Source: Planctomycetota bacterium
GTDB taxonomy: Bacteria; Planctomycetota; B15-G4; JADJEK01
NCBI GenBank assembly: GCA_044225365.1
Contig: JBGAIQ010000021.1
Coordinates: 1 to 64,000, forward strand
DNA: 64,000 nt
Direction: 5' to 3'
How positions within the stretch are numbered: position 1 is the stretch's first letter; each line of letters begins with the position of its first letter. This document shows positions 18,741 to 28,999 of this stretch, one piece after another. A model generated the notes under the pieces. It ran no database searches. It was not told the origin of the DNA and worked only from the letters and a program-made list of their open reading frames with translations. The position numbers were made by a program, and so were the translations under genes.

Positions 18741-21700
18741 ATGGGTTCGACCGATGACCTGTTGCGGCGCCTATGGGCGGAATACCCCGAGGAAGCGGAG
18801 ATCCTGAAACGCGCGTTGGCCGATCGAGCGAGCCGCCATATTGACCATGCGCCCTCGCTCGAGACCCTCCAATCGAGAACGCTCACTGAATCCCTGAACG
18901 ACCTCGTCGGTCGCGATGTGAATCCTGCGATCGAATTGACTCCGGCCGAAGTCGAGCCGGCACTGGGAGACGGCGATAGCGAACTCTTGAAGGCGATGCG
19001 GGAACGAGGTCCCACCGTCGGTCGCTACGAGATTCGCCGCGAGGTGGCCCGAGGAGGAATGGGCGTGGTGATGCGCGCCTACGACCGCGAGTTGCATCGC
19101 AACATCGCGATGAAGGTGCTCCTTGGCAACGATGGTTCGCTGATGCGAGCGCATCAGAAGAAGGAACACCAGCGCCTCGCGCGCTTCCTCGAAGAGGCTC
19201 AGGTCACCGCGCAGCTCGACCATCCCGGAATCGTCCCCATTCACGAACTGGGGATCGATGCCGACGGACGTGTGTTCTTCACGATGAAGCTCGTGAAGGG
19301 CGAGACGCTCTCGCAGATCTTCGACAAAGTGAAGATGGGCGTCGACGACTGGACAGTAACGCGCGTGCTCTGGTCGCTGCTGCGCGTCTGTGAAGCGATG
19401 GACTTCGCACACCGCCGCAAGGTCGTCCATCGCGACTTGAAGCCGTCGAACATCATGATCGGAGAATTCGGCGAGACGTATGTGATGGATTGGGGACTCG
19501 CGCGAGTCCTCGATCGGCCCGACTCGTCGGATCGTCCGAGTCGGGGTCCGCGATCCGACTCGTCGGTATTGCCGCGGAAGGTGTTCAGCGAACGAATCAA
19601 CGTCGCCCAGGAAACTCCCGACTCACCGCTGCTCACCAATGACGGGGATCGACTCGGTACGCCTGCTTACATGTCTCCCGAGCAGGCGGAAGGTCGAATT
19701 GGAATCCTCGGGCCGGCGACCGACGTCTATTCCGTCGGAGCAATCCTGTATCACCTGCTCACGGGGTCCGCGCCCTACATGCACCGCGAGCGGCGGGACG
19801 CGCTCTCGATCGTGAATCTCGTGATCGCGGGGCCTCCGCAACCGATCCATACGATCACGCGGGAAGTGAATGGAGAACTGCAATCGATCTGCGAGAAGGC
19901 GATGGCTCGCAAGATCGGCGAACGCTACGCGACGATGGCGGACCTTGCTTCCGACCTTCGAGCTTATCTCGAGAATCGAGTCGTGCGCGCGCATCGCAGC
20001 GGAGCCTTCATCGAGCTGCGCAAGTGGACGCGCAGGAACCGCGCCGCGGCGTGGGCCACCGTTGCCGCGCTCATCGTGGGATTGATCGGTGTCGGCGTCA
20101 TCATGAAGCTCGCCATCGACAACGAGGTCGAGGGCAAGCAGAACGCCGTCGAGAAGGCGACGATCATGGCGCGGTGGCGCGACGAGAGCGAGAAGCTCAA
20201 GACGACGAAGGAGGAGGTCGCGGCGAAGCAAACAGAGCTCGAAGCGAAGCAAGGCGAGCTGAAGCAAGCGGCCGAGGAACTCGCCAGGACCGCATCCGAG
20301 CTCACGAGCCAACAAGAGGCGGTCGTGAAGAGTCGGGAGGATCTCGAACGCCTGAACGCAACCCTCGGTGACACCCAACAGCAGAAGCAAACCAGCGAGG
20401 CCGAACTCGAATCTGCGCGTAGCGCGCTTTCGAAGGCGAACGCCGATCTGAAGGCGAAGCAAGGTGAACTCGCCATCCAGCAGGGTAACGTCAAGGCCCA
20501 ACGAGACGAGGTGAACAAGCTGAAGCAGGAGCGCGACGATCTGCAGAAGCTCGCGGAATTCCTCAGCGCGGCGGTTCGGCCGTCCATTGAACTAGTCGAG
20601 ATCAGCAAGCTCGAAGCGGCGACGAGCGACCTCTGGCCCGCGCGGGCGCGGAAGGTCGACGCGATGCGAGAGTGGGTGACGCGCGCGGAGGATCAACTCG
20701 CCAGCGCCCAGAGCGACCGTGACCGTTTCAAGGACCTGCGTCGGAAGCGCAACACGACGGAGAATGCACCGTCGAACGAAGAACCCGAGGCCGCGTTCAT
20801 CTATCAAACCCTCGACGCACTCGAGAGTGCGGCGGAAAAGCTGGAGTCGATCACGTTGCCGGACGTGACCTCGAGGCTCGCACGCGCCGAGACGATCGAG
20901 CGTCTCACGCTCGTCGATCATCGCAAGGAGTGGGATGAGACGATCGAGGCCATTGCGAACACCGAGCAGAATCCGCAATACGCCGGGTTCGAATTGAAAC
21001 CGATCGCGGGCCTCGTTCCCCTCGGCCGCGATTCTCGCTCCGGCCTCTTCGAATTCTGGCATGTCGAGAGCGGAGATCTCCCGTCACGCGATTCGAGCGG
21101 GAGGATTCGACCGAGCGAGCGATCCGGGATTGTGCTCGTGCTCGTTCCCGGAGGGAAATTCATGATGGGGTCTCGCGAAGTCGACTTCCTCGCATTTCCC
21201 GAAGCACGCGGCCGCGAAGACGAACAGCCGCCGCACGAGGTCGAGCTGCCCGCCTTCTTCATCTCGAAGTATGAAATCACGCAGGAGCAGTGGCGACGAT
21301 GCGGCTCGACGACGGACTCCTGCCGCTTTCGAGCACGAACGCGGGCGGGAGGACGTGAGATCACGGGCATGAATCCGGTCGAGTCGGTCCCGTTCGACGA
21401 GGCGGCGCGAATCCTGCGGCACGTTACGCTGGAGCTGCCTACCGAAGCGCAATGGGAGTACGCAGCGCGCGGCGGGACTGAAACTCCCTGGTGGAGCGGT
21501 CTCACGAGCCGCGACGCGGAACAGGCCGGGAACATCGCCGATCTGTATGCGAAGGAGCACGGCGGAAGCAGTTGGGAATGCGATTCGAGACTCGATGACG
21601 GACAGTTCGCTCACGCGCCGGTCGGAGCGTTCCGCCCGAACGGGTATGGGCTGTACGACGTGATCGGAAACGTCGCCGAGTGGTGCCTCGACGACTTTCG

Positions 21701-21908
21701 TCCATACCGGGAGAGCACCGGCCTTGGGCTGAATGGGTTGCATCTCGGTTCGAGCGACGCTCCGTTCTTGGGTCGCGTCGTCCGCGGGGGGAGCTTTCGT
21801 GATTCGATTTCACGGGCGCGTAGTTCGGCGCGCAGTCGCGAGGCACCGGAGGCGAGATCCGACTCGGTGGGTGTCCGCGCGGTGATGAATTTCTCGGAGG
21901 CGAGGTGA
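18741..21908 (+). CDS. Ser/Thr kinase - TM - long coiled coil - FGE-sulfatase-fold domain fusion
   Basis: ARGGMGVV, HRDLKPSN, DWG, GTPAYMSPEQ; heptad region; LVPGGKFMMGS, LPTEAQWEYAARGG, PNGYGLYDVIGNVAEWC, RVVRGGSF. Confidence 0.95.
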   Translation: MGSTDDLLRRLWAEYPEEAEILKRALADRASRHIDHAPSLETLQSRTLTESLNDLVGRDVNPAIELTPAEVEPALGDGDSELLKAMRERGPTVGRYEIRREVARGGMGVVMRAYDRELHRNIAMKVLLGNDGSLMRAHQKKEHQRLARFLEEAQVTAQLDHPGIVPIHELGIDADGRVFFTMKLVKGETLSQIFDKVKMGVDDWTVTRVLWSLLRVCEAMDFAHRRKVVHRDLKPSNIMIGEFGETYVMDWGLARVLDRPDSSDRPSRGPRSDSSVLPRKVFSERINVAQETPDSPLLTNDGDRLGTPAYMSPEQAEGRIGILGPATDVYSVGAILYHLLTGSAPYMHRERRDALSIVNLVIAGPPQPIHTITREVNGELQSICEKAMARKIGERYATMADLASDLRAYLENRVVRAHRSGAFIELRKWTRRNRAAAWATVAALIVGLIGVGVIMKLAIDNEVEGKQNAVEKATIMARWRDESEKLKTTKEEVAAKQTELEAKQGELKQAAEELARTASELTSQQEAVVKSREDLERLNATLGDTQQQKQTSEAELESARSALSKANADLKAKQGELAIQQGNVKAQRDEVNKLKQERDDLQKLAEFLSAAVRPSIELVEISKLEAATSDLWPARARKVDAMREWVTRAEDQLASAQSDRDRFKDLRRKRNTTENAPSNEEPEAAFIYQTLDALESAAEKLESITLPDVTSRLARAETIERLTLVDHRKEWDETIEAIANTEQNPQYAGFELKPIAGLVPLGRDSRSGLFEFWHVESGDLPSRDSSGRIRPSERSGIVLVLVPGGKFMMGSREVDFLAFPEARGREDEQPPHEVELPAFFISKYEITQEQWRRCGSTTDSCRFRARTRAGGREITGMNPVESVPFDEAARILRHVTLELPTEAQWEYAARGGTETPWWSGLTSRDAEQAGNIADLYAKEHGGSSWECDSRLDDGQFAHAPVGAFRPNGYGLYDVIGNVAEWCLDDFRPYRESTGLGLNGLHLGSSDAPFLGRVVRGGSFRDSISRARSSARSREAPEARSDSVGVRAVMNFSEAR

Positions 21909-21911
21909 TCG

Positions 21912-22862
21912 ATGGTGCGGTCGATCGTTCTCGTTCGAGTCGCCTTGTTCGCCCTTGCGACAGTCGCAGGCTGCCAAAGCCCTGCTGCGGACTCGGAGGA
22001 TCGTCGCATCGGTTCGGAAATGCTGTTCAGGTACGAGCGCGGACCGGGCGAGGACCGACGATTCGATCTTGGGCACACGCTTCATTACGACTCGCAGAGT
22101 GATTACACCAACCTGCGATTGTTCCCGATGGTCTCGCACGTGAGTTATCGACCTTCGGTCGACTCGCCGATGCGGATTCGCGAGCAATTCGGCATCGAGA
22201 TCATCCTTCCACTCTGGCATCGCGAGACCGATGAGAATCGCTATCGGATTCGAGTCCTATCGATCTTCGGTTTCGATTATCTGACGCTGTTCAGGATCGA
22301 CCGACGCTCCGAAGCGCTCGACGACGGCGGTTCTCGTACCCAATCGGACTGCACCTTCTTGCCCTATGTCGGCGAAGGCGTCTCGTTCTTTCGACGGCGA
22401 GGGAGCGAGTTGACGGGCACAGCATTCGACGAGTCGACGACGGGCGTCGACCTGTTCAGGCTGTTCTGGGGCGAGGGTTTCGAACTACTGGAGTATCGGT
22501 CGACGATACCGGCGGCCTCGGGGGCTCCTCCCAGGAGCCATACTCTCAATCTGGGTCGGGCTCTCTTTGGCTGGTTCACGATTTTCCGCGATCACTCGAT
22601 CGAAGGCGTCGAATCGGACTTTCGGGTGCTCGGTATCCTCGAGGCCGACCCGTGGGCACAGTCTTTATTGCGGGTGCGAGGTCGCAAGGAACCGGACGGA
22701 AAGAGCTCGTCCCGTTCCATCGAGTTCCTGGGTCCGTTGGTGCTCGACGAGGAGCATGCCGACGGCGGGACGCTCCGCGTCGCGCCGCTCTTCACATTCG
22801 ATCGCGAAGGGTCGAAGCGGACCCTTTACCTGTTCCACTGGATCCCGATTCGTTGGCCGTGA
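21912..22862 (+). CDS. Hypothetical lipoprotein
   Basis: Lipobox VAG-C; amphipathic beta-rich; starts 3 nt after kinase stop. Confidence 0.7.
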   Translation: MVRSIVLVRVALFALATVAGCQSPAADSEDRRIGSEMLFRYERGPGEDRRFDLGHTLHYDSQSDYTNLRLFPMVSHVSYRPSVDSPMRIREQFGIEIILPLWHRETDENRYRIRVLSIFGFDYLTLFRIDRRSEALDDGGSRTQSDCTFLPYVGEGVSFFRRRGSELTGTAFDESTTGVDLFRLFWGEGFELLEYRSTIPAASGAPPRSHTLNLGRALFGWFTIFRDHSIEGVESDFRVLGILEADPWAQSLLRVRGRKEPDGKSSSRSIEFLGPLVLDEEHADGGTLRVAPLFTFDREGSKRTLYLFHWIPIRWP

Positions 22863-22905
22863 ACGACCGCTTGGCGACACTCCCTCTCCCACATCGCAAA
22901 GCGTG

Positions 22906-22914
22906 TGTTATTCT
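22906..22914 (+). promoter_or_regulatory. Candidate extended -10 promoter element
   Basis: TG-T-TATTCT about 185 nt upstream of ATG 23098. Confidence 0.35.
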
Positions 22915-23097
22915 GTAGGGGTCAGGTGGCGCAGACGGCCTTCGGCACCCCACACTCGTTCGCGCCACGAAAGTGTTCAGGCACGAGCCTTCAACCGACT
23001 CCTTGGTACCGGGTCCGACCTTCCCTCGACGAAGGCCCTGATCCCGGCGGCGCCATGCGCCGTACGCACCTCGATCGCACACCCTCTGGAGGAGAGC

Positions 23098-25528
23098 ATG
23101 CGTCTAGCGCGATATGCCGTCCTGGCGACGGCACTCTGGTCCCTCGTTTCAATCCTGGCGCTCGCGCCCTCATCTCGAGCGCAGACGCAGGAGGGCACGC
23201 TCGTCGCGAGCGATCCCGCGTTCGGCGATCTCTTGGGCGATGCTCGCGCCCTCATCTCGAGCGCAGACGCAGGAGGGCACGCTCGTCGCGAGCGATCCCG
23301 CGTTCGGCGATCTCTTGGGCGATGCGATGGATCTCGATGGCAACACGCTCGCGTTCGGCGCTCGCGCCAAGAATTCGGGCAAGGGTGCGATCTACGTGTT
23401 CCGGCGCGGCGCATCGTGGGCGCTCGAACAGAAACTCACGGTTGCGACCGCGGCGAATCAGGATCAGGTCGGCAGTTCGATCGGCTTGTTCTCCGACCTC
23501 CTCGTGACGGGCGCCCCGGATCCACTCGACATCACGGGCGCGGCTTCGGGTCCGGGCACGGCCTACGTGTTCCGACGGACCGGAGTGACGTGGGCCCAGG
23601 AAGCGTCGCTCGTCGCGAGCGATGGTCAGGCGTACGACCTCTTCGGCTACTCCGTCGGCACGGGCAATGACGTCGCCGTCGTCGGTGCGCCGGGCGATCT
23701 CGTCGCCGGTCCCGGCGACCGGGTGAATGGATCCGGGGCGGCCTACGTGTTCCGGAAGTCCGGCGCGACGTGGTCGCAGGAAGCGAAGCTCGTCGCCTCC
23801 GATGCCGCCGCGGGCGATCGCGGGGGCGTGTCCGTCGCGATCGACGGTTCACTCGTCGTCGTCGGGGCGCCGAATGACGATGGCGCCGCGACCGATACCG
23901 GCGCGGCGTACATCTTTCGCAAGTCTGGCGCGACCTGGGCGCAGGAAGTGAAACTGACGGCCTCCGACGCCGCGGCGGCGGATGGCTTCGGCGGCGCCGT
24001 CGCGATCAAGGGCAATCTCGTGATCGTGGGCGCCGCTCTCAAGGATGGCGTCGGCGCCGATTCCGGCGCTGCGTACGTCTTCCGCAACACGACCGGAACG
24101 ACTTGGGTTCAAGAGGCGAAGCTCACCGCGTCGGATGCGGCGGCATCGGCGCGCTACGGGTTCTCGGTCGACGTCTACAACGACGAGGTCGCCGTCGGCG
24201 CGACCGGTGCGAGCGCGGTCTACATGCACGCGAAGCCCGCGGCGACGTGGACCCAGACCGCGAAACTGACCGATGCGACGGCATCGTTGCTCGGCTACTC
24301 CGTCGGACTCACTCCCGATTTCGTCGCGAGTGGCGCGCCGTTCACCACGACGAGCGGGCTCCTCCTCGCGGGTCGCGGCGACGTCTGGTACGCCGCGGAT
24401 CCGCCCGTCGTCTCCTCGATCTCCCCGACGAGTGGAACGGTCCTTGGCGGAACGACGGTGACGGTCAACGGTAGCGGCTTCGCCCAATTCGTACCGAAGA
24501 GCGTCACGTTCGGCGGCGTTGCGGCGACCGCCGTCACTTGGGTGTCCGCATCGCAGCTCACGTGCGTGAGCCCTACGGGCACCGCGGGACAGGTCGTCTC
24601 CGTGGCGGTGACGCAGAACGGGTCGACGTCGACCTTGAACAGCGCGTACACCTACGTCGGAACCGCGATCTCGTCGCTCAGCCCCAATCACGGCGCCGCG
24701 GTCGGCGGCAACAGCGTGACGATCACGGGTAGCAACTTCGTGAACAACGGCAGCACGATCGTGACGTTCGGCGGCTCCAACGCGACGATCAACTCGATCA
24801 CGCCGCCGAGTACGATCGTCGTCGCAGCACCGCCCGGAGCGCGCGGCAGCGCGGTCAACGTGACCGTGAGTTCGAGCAATGGCAGCGCAACGCTGACGAA
24901 CGGCTACACCTACGACACCCTGCAGATCACGAACGTGAGCAAGAGCGGGGGCAACCTGCTCGGCGGCCAGAGCGTCGTCGTGACGATCGATCTGCCGACC
25001 AATCTTGCGGACACCACGTTGAAGCTCGGCGGCGTGACGCAGACGATCAACTCCCTCGTCGGGAATCAGATCACCTTCACGGTACCCGCCGTCACGACGC
25101 CCGATGGCATTGCGAAGGACATCAGCGTCACGAACTCGAACGGTACGGCGACCGCGAGCGGGGCGTGGACGTATACGCCATCTCTCAACTCGGCCGTCGC
25201 CGGCAACGTGAATGCGGGCGGCACGCTGACGGTCTCGTGGGTCACCGATCCCGCGGTCGGCGCAGGTCAGCTCGTCACCTTCTGGCTCGGGGATCCGCTC
25301 GTGCCGAACCTCTTTGCGTCGGTGCCGCAGTACGCCGGTAGAGTCCAGGCCGTGCCGCTGCTCTTCATCGTCCAGAGCCTCACCGAGACGGCGACGCCCC
25401 TGCCGCTGCCGTTCGGACCGCTTCCCGCGGGACTCGCCGGCTTCCCGTTCCAGTTCCAGGCGCTCGTCACGGGCGAGGGCGGAGCGAGCGGAAGCTTCTC
25501 GAACCTGTCGACGTTCAGCATTCCGTGA
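23098..25528 (+). pseudogene. Secreted FG-GAP beta-propeller + IPT/TIG repeat protein, frameshifted by an 82-bp tandem duplication
   Basis: RBS GGAGGAG then MRLARYAVLATALWSLVSILALAPSSRA signal; repeats LVASDAAAGDRGGVSVAIDG...VGAP...GAAYIF; IPT ISPTSG...GGTTVTVNGSGF; removing one repeat copy gives a 782-aa ORF. Confidence 0.85.
23160..23323 (+). repeat. Perfect 82-bp tandem duplication
   Basis: GCTCGCGCCCTCATCTCGAGC...TCTCTTGGGCGAT at 23160-23241 and 23242-23323. Confidence 0.95.
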
Positions 25529-25575
25529 TTCGATCACTCCCATCGTCAGTCGCCATCGCAGAGAAGAGCACGACC

Positions 25576-27486
25576 ATGCGAACCTCAGCAGAGAATCCCT
25601 CGGCGAGTCGATTCCCGTTCGTTTCGACCGTCCGGCGCATGTTTCCGGTCGCACCCTTCTCTGCGATGAGCCTTGCGCTCGCCGCGCTCGCACCGAGCGC
25701 GAACGCGCAATTCAACAACGCCTGGCTCACGCTCGTCCAGGACAGCAATCGTCTGAAGACACCCGCGGGCGCCGTCGCGGACATCGTGAGCAATGGTGAC
25801 GAAAAGGACTTCGCGGTCGCGGATCTCAACAAGGACGGCTGGCCCGACGTGGCATGCGGCAAGAAGATCCAGGTGTCGTTCGTCGGCCCCCGCGAAGGCC
25901 GGCTCTTCATGAACGAGAAGGGCACGCTCGTCGATCGCACGACCGAGTACGCGAGCCTCTCGCTCACGCCGGGCGATAGCGGATTCAAGACCGCGCTCGA
26001 CACTCGCGACGTCGAGTTCGCGGATTTCAACGGCGACGGCTGGCTCGATATGGTGACGAGCCAGACCGACCTCGCGAACGACACTTCGACCGGCGCGAAG
26101 GTCCACACGCATCCGCGCATCTACATCAACCTGGGCAACGACGCGAGCGGCCATTGGCTCGGACTGCGCCACGAGGACAATCGAATCCCGCAGCTCAAGA
26201 CGATCCCGGGCAATCTGAACGGCGTCGTGCGTTTCTGCCAGACGGCGGTGGGAGACGTCGATCTGGACGGCGACAAGGATTTGTACTTCGCGGACTACGA
26301 CACGGATGAGAACCAGCACACGGAGCCGTCGAATCTCGATCTCAACAATCGCCTGCTGTTGAACGACGGCAACGGCTTCTTCACCGACGCCTCGAGCACG
26401 AACTTCAATTCGACGAGCATGCTCACGACGGCGTTCGGAACGGAATGCGATATCAAGGACATGAACGGCGATGGGAAGCCCGACATCATCCAGATCACGA
26501 CGCTGACCGATTCACCCAATCGCGCGGAGTGCCTCTACAACAACGTCTCGGCGTCGACGACGCCGAACTTCACGGGCGGATTCGATCTGAAGGCGACGAT
26601 CGACGCCTCGGGCCAGAACTACGCGATGGCCAACGTCGATATCAACAACGACGGCAAACTCGATCATCTCGTTGGCGACGACGCCACGGATCATTATCGA
26701 TTCAATACCGGGAACAGCGCGCTCGGGACCGTGAACTGGTCGGCGTCACTCAGCTTCTCGTGGCTCACCGGATCGGGCGACGATGGATTCGCGGGACAGG
26801 TCAGCACCGCGGACTTCAATCTCGATGGCTGGATGGACGCGATCATCTACGACGTCGACATCGACCTCGCGGGATGCTCGCGGCGCACGAAGATCTATCA
26901 CAACATGGGCGGCACTCCGGGGGCGACGAACATCGTGATGCGCGAGGAGGCGCAACAGTCCGGAACGGGAGGCTGGAAGGGCGCGGTCGGTTGGTCTTCG
27001 ACCTATCCGAAGGGGATGAACGATGCCGCGCTCGTCGACATCGATCACGATGGGGACACCGACATCGTGATCGGCGGCTGCTCCGGGACGGATGTCTGGA
27101 TGAACCAGACCAACCCGATCGTGTGTCAGACGAGCGTCCTCGCGACGTCGCTCGGTGACGGTCAGATCACCGTTTGCGGTGCGCCGTTGTGGTCCAATCT
27201 CACATCGACGCTCAATATCTCGGGCGGTGCCGCAAACGGCTTCGCGGTCCTCCTCGCCGGATTCAATCCCACGACTCTGCCCCTCTTCGGCGGCCAGGTC
27301 ATGGTTCCATTTTCCCTCGTCTTCACGCTTCCGCTCAACGCGAGCGGCGCGGCGAGCTTCACGATCGGCGGCGGCGGGGGCAATCAGAACGGTCTCAACG
27401 TCTACGTGCAGGCGCTGCTCGGCGCGACGGGGAACTCGCTGCCGACCGACATCACGAACATCGTGCGCCTCGACTTGCGGAGTTGA
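25576..27486 (+). CDS. Secreted FG-GAP/VCBS repeat protein with shared C-terminal domain
   Basis: Seven DxNxDG-type motifs (DLNKDGWPD, DFNGDGWLD, DVDLDGDKD, DMNGDGKPD, DINNDGKLD, DFNLDGWMD, DIDHDGDTD); start uncertain. Confidence 0.9.
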   Translation: MRTSAENPSASRFPFVSTVRRMFPVAPFSAMSLALAALAPSANAQFNNAWLTLVQDSNRLKTPAGAVADIVSNGDEKDFAVADLNKDGWPDVACGKKIQVSFVGPREGRLFMNEKGTLVDRTTEYASLSLTPGDSGFKTALDTRDVEFADFNGDGWLDMVTSQTDLANDTSTGAKVHTHPRIYINLGNDASGHWLGLRHEDNRIPQLKTIPGNLNGVVRFCQTAVGDVDLDGDKDLYFADYDTDENQHTEPSNLDLNNRLLLNDGNGFFTDASSTNFNSTSMLTTAFGTECDIKDMNGDGKPDIIQITTLTDSPNRAECLYNNVSASTTPNFTGGFDLKATIDASGQNYAMANVDINNDGKLDHLVGDDATDHYRFNTGNSALGTVNWSASLSFSWLTGSGDDGFAGQVSTADFNLDGWMDAIIYDVDIDLAGCSRRTKIYHNMGGTPGATNIVMREEAQQSGTGGWKGAVGWSSTYPKGMNDAALVDIDHDGDTDIVIGGCSGTDVWMNQTNPIVCQTSVLATSLGDGQITVCGAPLWSNLTSTLNISGGAANGFAVLLAGFNPTTLPLFGGQVMVPFSLVFTLPLNASGAASFTIGGGGGNQNGLNVYVQALLGATGNSLPTDITNIVRLDLRS

Positions 27487-27587
27487 CGCAATGGGAAGAC
27501 CTTCAACATAGGACTCCACGATCCTGTTTGTTCGCGGGAGCGCCGGGCACCAGCGTGGCTTCGGTTTTGCACTTCTTCGATCGCGGC

Positions 27588-28994
27588 TCAGAATTGGAAG
27601 TACACGAACGGCTTGTACTCGGTTGCCGCGAGGAAGAACGCCACGGCGAATCCAACACCGAAGAGGCTCGCCGCGAGCGCATCCTGGATTCTCGAGAACG
27701 AACGCGCGAAGGACCCGCGAAAAGCAAGGAAGTGCACGAGGAACAAGGGTCCGAGTAGAGCGAAGAACAGGGGATGGAGGGTTTGAGTCCCGCTCGGTGT
27801 CCAGGTGAACATCGCGCGGAACATCTCACCGCAATGGGTCCACGACGTCGATCGGAAGACAACGAGTGAGAGCAGGAAGAACAGATTTGTGAATGGGATT
27901 CCAATCACCTCTCGCATGGGCTCGAGCGAAGGCCGCGAATCGGCGAACTGCTTCCAGGCCGCGTGAATCGTGACGTAGGCCCCGTGGATGATTCCGAAAA
28001 CGACGAAATTCCACGCCGCACCGTGCCACAGTCCGCAGAGGGTGAAGGTGACGAACACATTGACGATGGCGCGCAGCGAGTTCACACGGCTTCCGCCGAG
28101 AGAGATGTAGAGATAATCGCGAAGCCATGTCGAGAGGCTGATGTGCCAGCGCCGCCAGAACTCGGCGATGTCGCGAGCAAAATACGGGAAGTCGAAGTTG
28201 CGCATCAAGCCGTAACCGAGCAGGCCCGCCGTCGCGACGGCGATGTCGGAATAGCCGGAGAAATCGCAGTACACCTGGATCTGATAGAGGATCGCTCCGA
28301 GCCAGTTGTGGAGAGTGCTGAACTCCGTCGGGGCCGCAAACACGCGGTCTACCTGCACGGCGAGATGATCCGCCAGGCACGCCTTCTTGAAGTAACCGAC
28401 CAGGAAGAGGCCAACGCACTCGCGAACGCGAACGTCTCTCCACAGCCGGATGGAATCCAACTGCGGGAGGAAGTCCGTTGCCCGGACGATCGGGCCCGCG
28501 ACGAGTTGTGGAAAGAACGCGACGAAGAGCGCGAAGTCACGAAGGCTGGAGCAGGGACGAAGAGTGCCGCGGTAGACATCGAGCGCATAGCTCAGCGTCT
28601 GGAACGTGTAGAAGCTCACACCCACGGGAAGCACGATGTGAAGCAGCGGCGGCGACGCAGCGATTCCGAGTCGGGAGAGAAGTTCCGCCGCGGAGTCGAC
28701 GAAGAAATTGTAGTACTTGAAAAACCCGAGGATCCCGAGGTTCCCGATGAGACTCACCGAGATCCAGCGCTTGCGGACGACGGAGTCGCTCGACTCCCCG
28801 ATCTTCAGGCCGGCGGTGTAATCGAGGAGTGTCGAGATCAGGAGCAGCGACGAGAAGCGCCAGTCCCACGCGCTGTAGAACACGTAGCTCGCGGCGAGAA
28901 GAAGCCACTTGCGCGCCGAATCGCGGCGGAATCCCCAATACAGGAGGAAGACCACCGCGAAGAACACGAAGAACCGAGGTTCGGTGAAGACCAT
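27588..28994 (-). CDS. MBOAT family O-acyltransferase (AlgI/DltB-like)
   Basis: LPVGVSFYTFQTLSY, FFPQLVAGPIVR, YCDFSGYSD, EFWRRWHISLSTWLRDYLYI, GLWHGA, FVYFQF. Confidence 0.96.
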   Translation of the reverse strand: MVFTEPRFFVFFAVVFLLYWGFRRDSARKWLLLAASYVFYSAWDWRFSSLLLISTLLDYTAGLKIGESSDSVVRKRWISVSLIGNLGILGFFKYYNFFVDSAAELLSRLGIAASPPLLHIVLPVGVSFYTFQTLSYALDVYRGTLRPCSSLRDFALFVAFFPQLVAGPIVRATDFLPQLDSIRLWRDVRVRECVGLFLVGYFKKACLADHLAVQVDRVFAAPTEFSTLHNWLGAILYQIQVYCDFSGYSDIAVATAGLLGYGLMRNFDFPYFARDIAEFWRRWHISLSTWLRDYLYISLGGSRVNSLRAIVNVFVTFTLCGLWHGAAWNFVVFGIIHGAYVTIHAAWKQFADSRPSLEPMREVIGIPFTNLFFLLSLVVFRSTSWTHCGEMFRAMFTWTPSGTQTLHPLFFALLGPLFLVHFLAFRGSFARSFSRIQDALAASLFGVGFAVAFFLAATEYKPFVYFQF

Positions 28995-28999
28995 TCGGC

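Noticed and set aside
21130-21908. FGE domain as sulfatase-maturating enzyme
   Set aside because: Catalytic cysteines after RGGSF are absent.
22915-22990. HDV-like ribozyme, ZTP or SAH riboswitch
   Set aside because: Similar topology only; lacks P1.1/L3 features and the ligand-binding consensus nucleotides.
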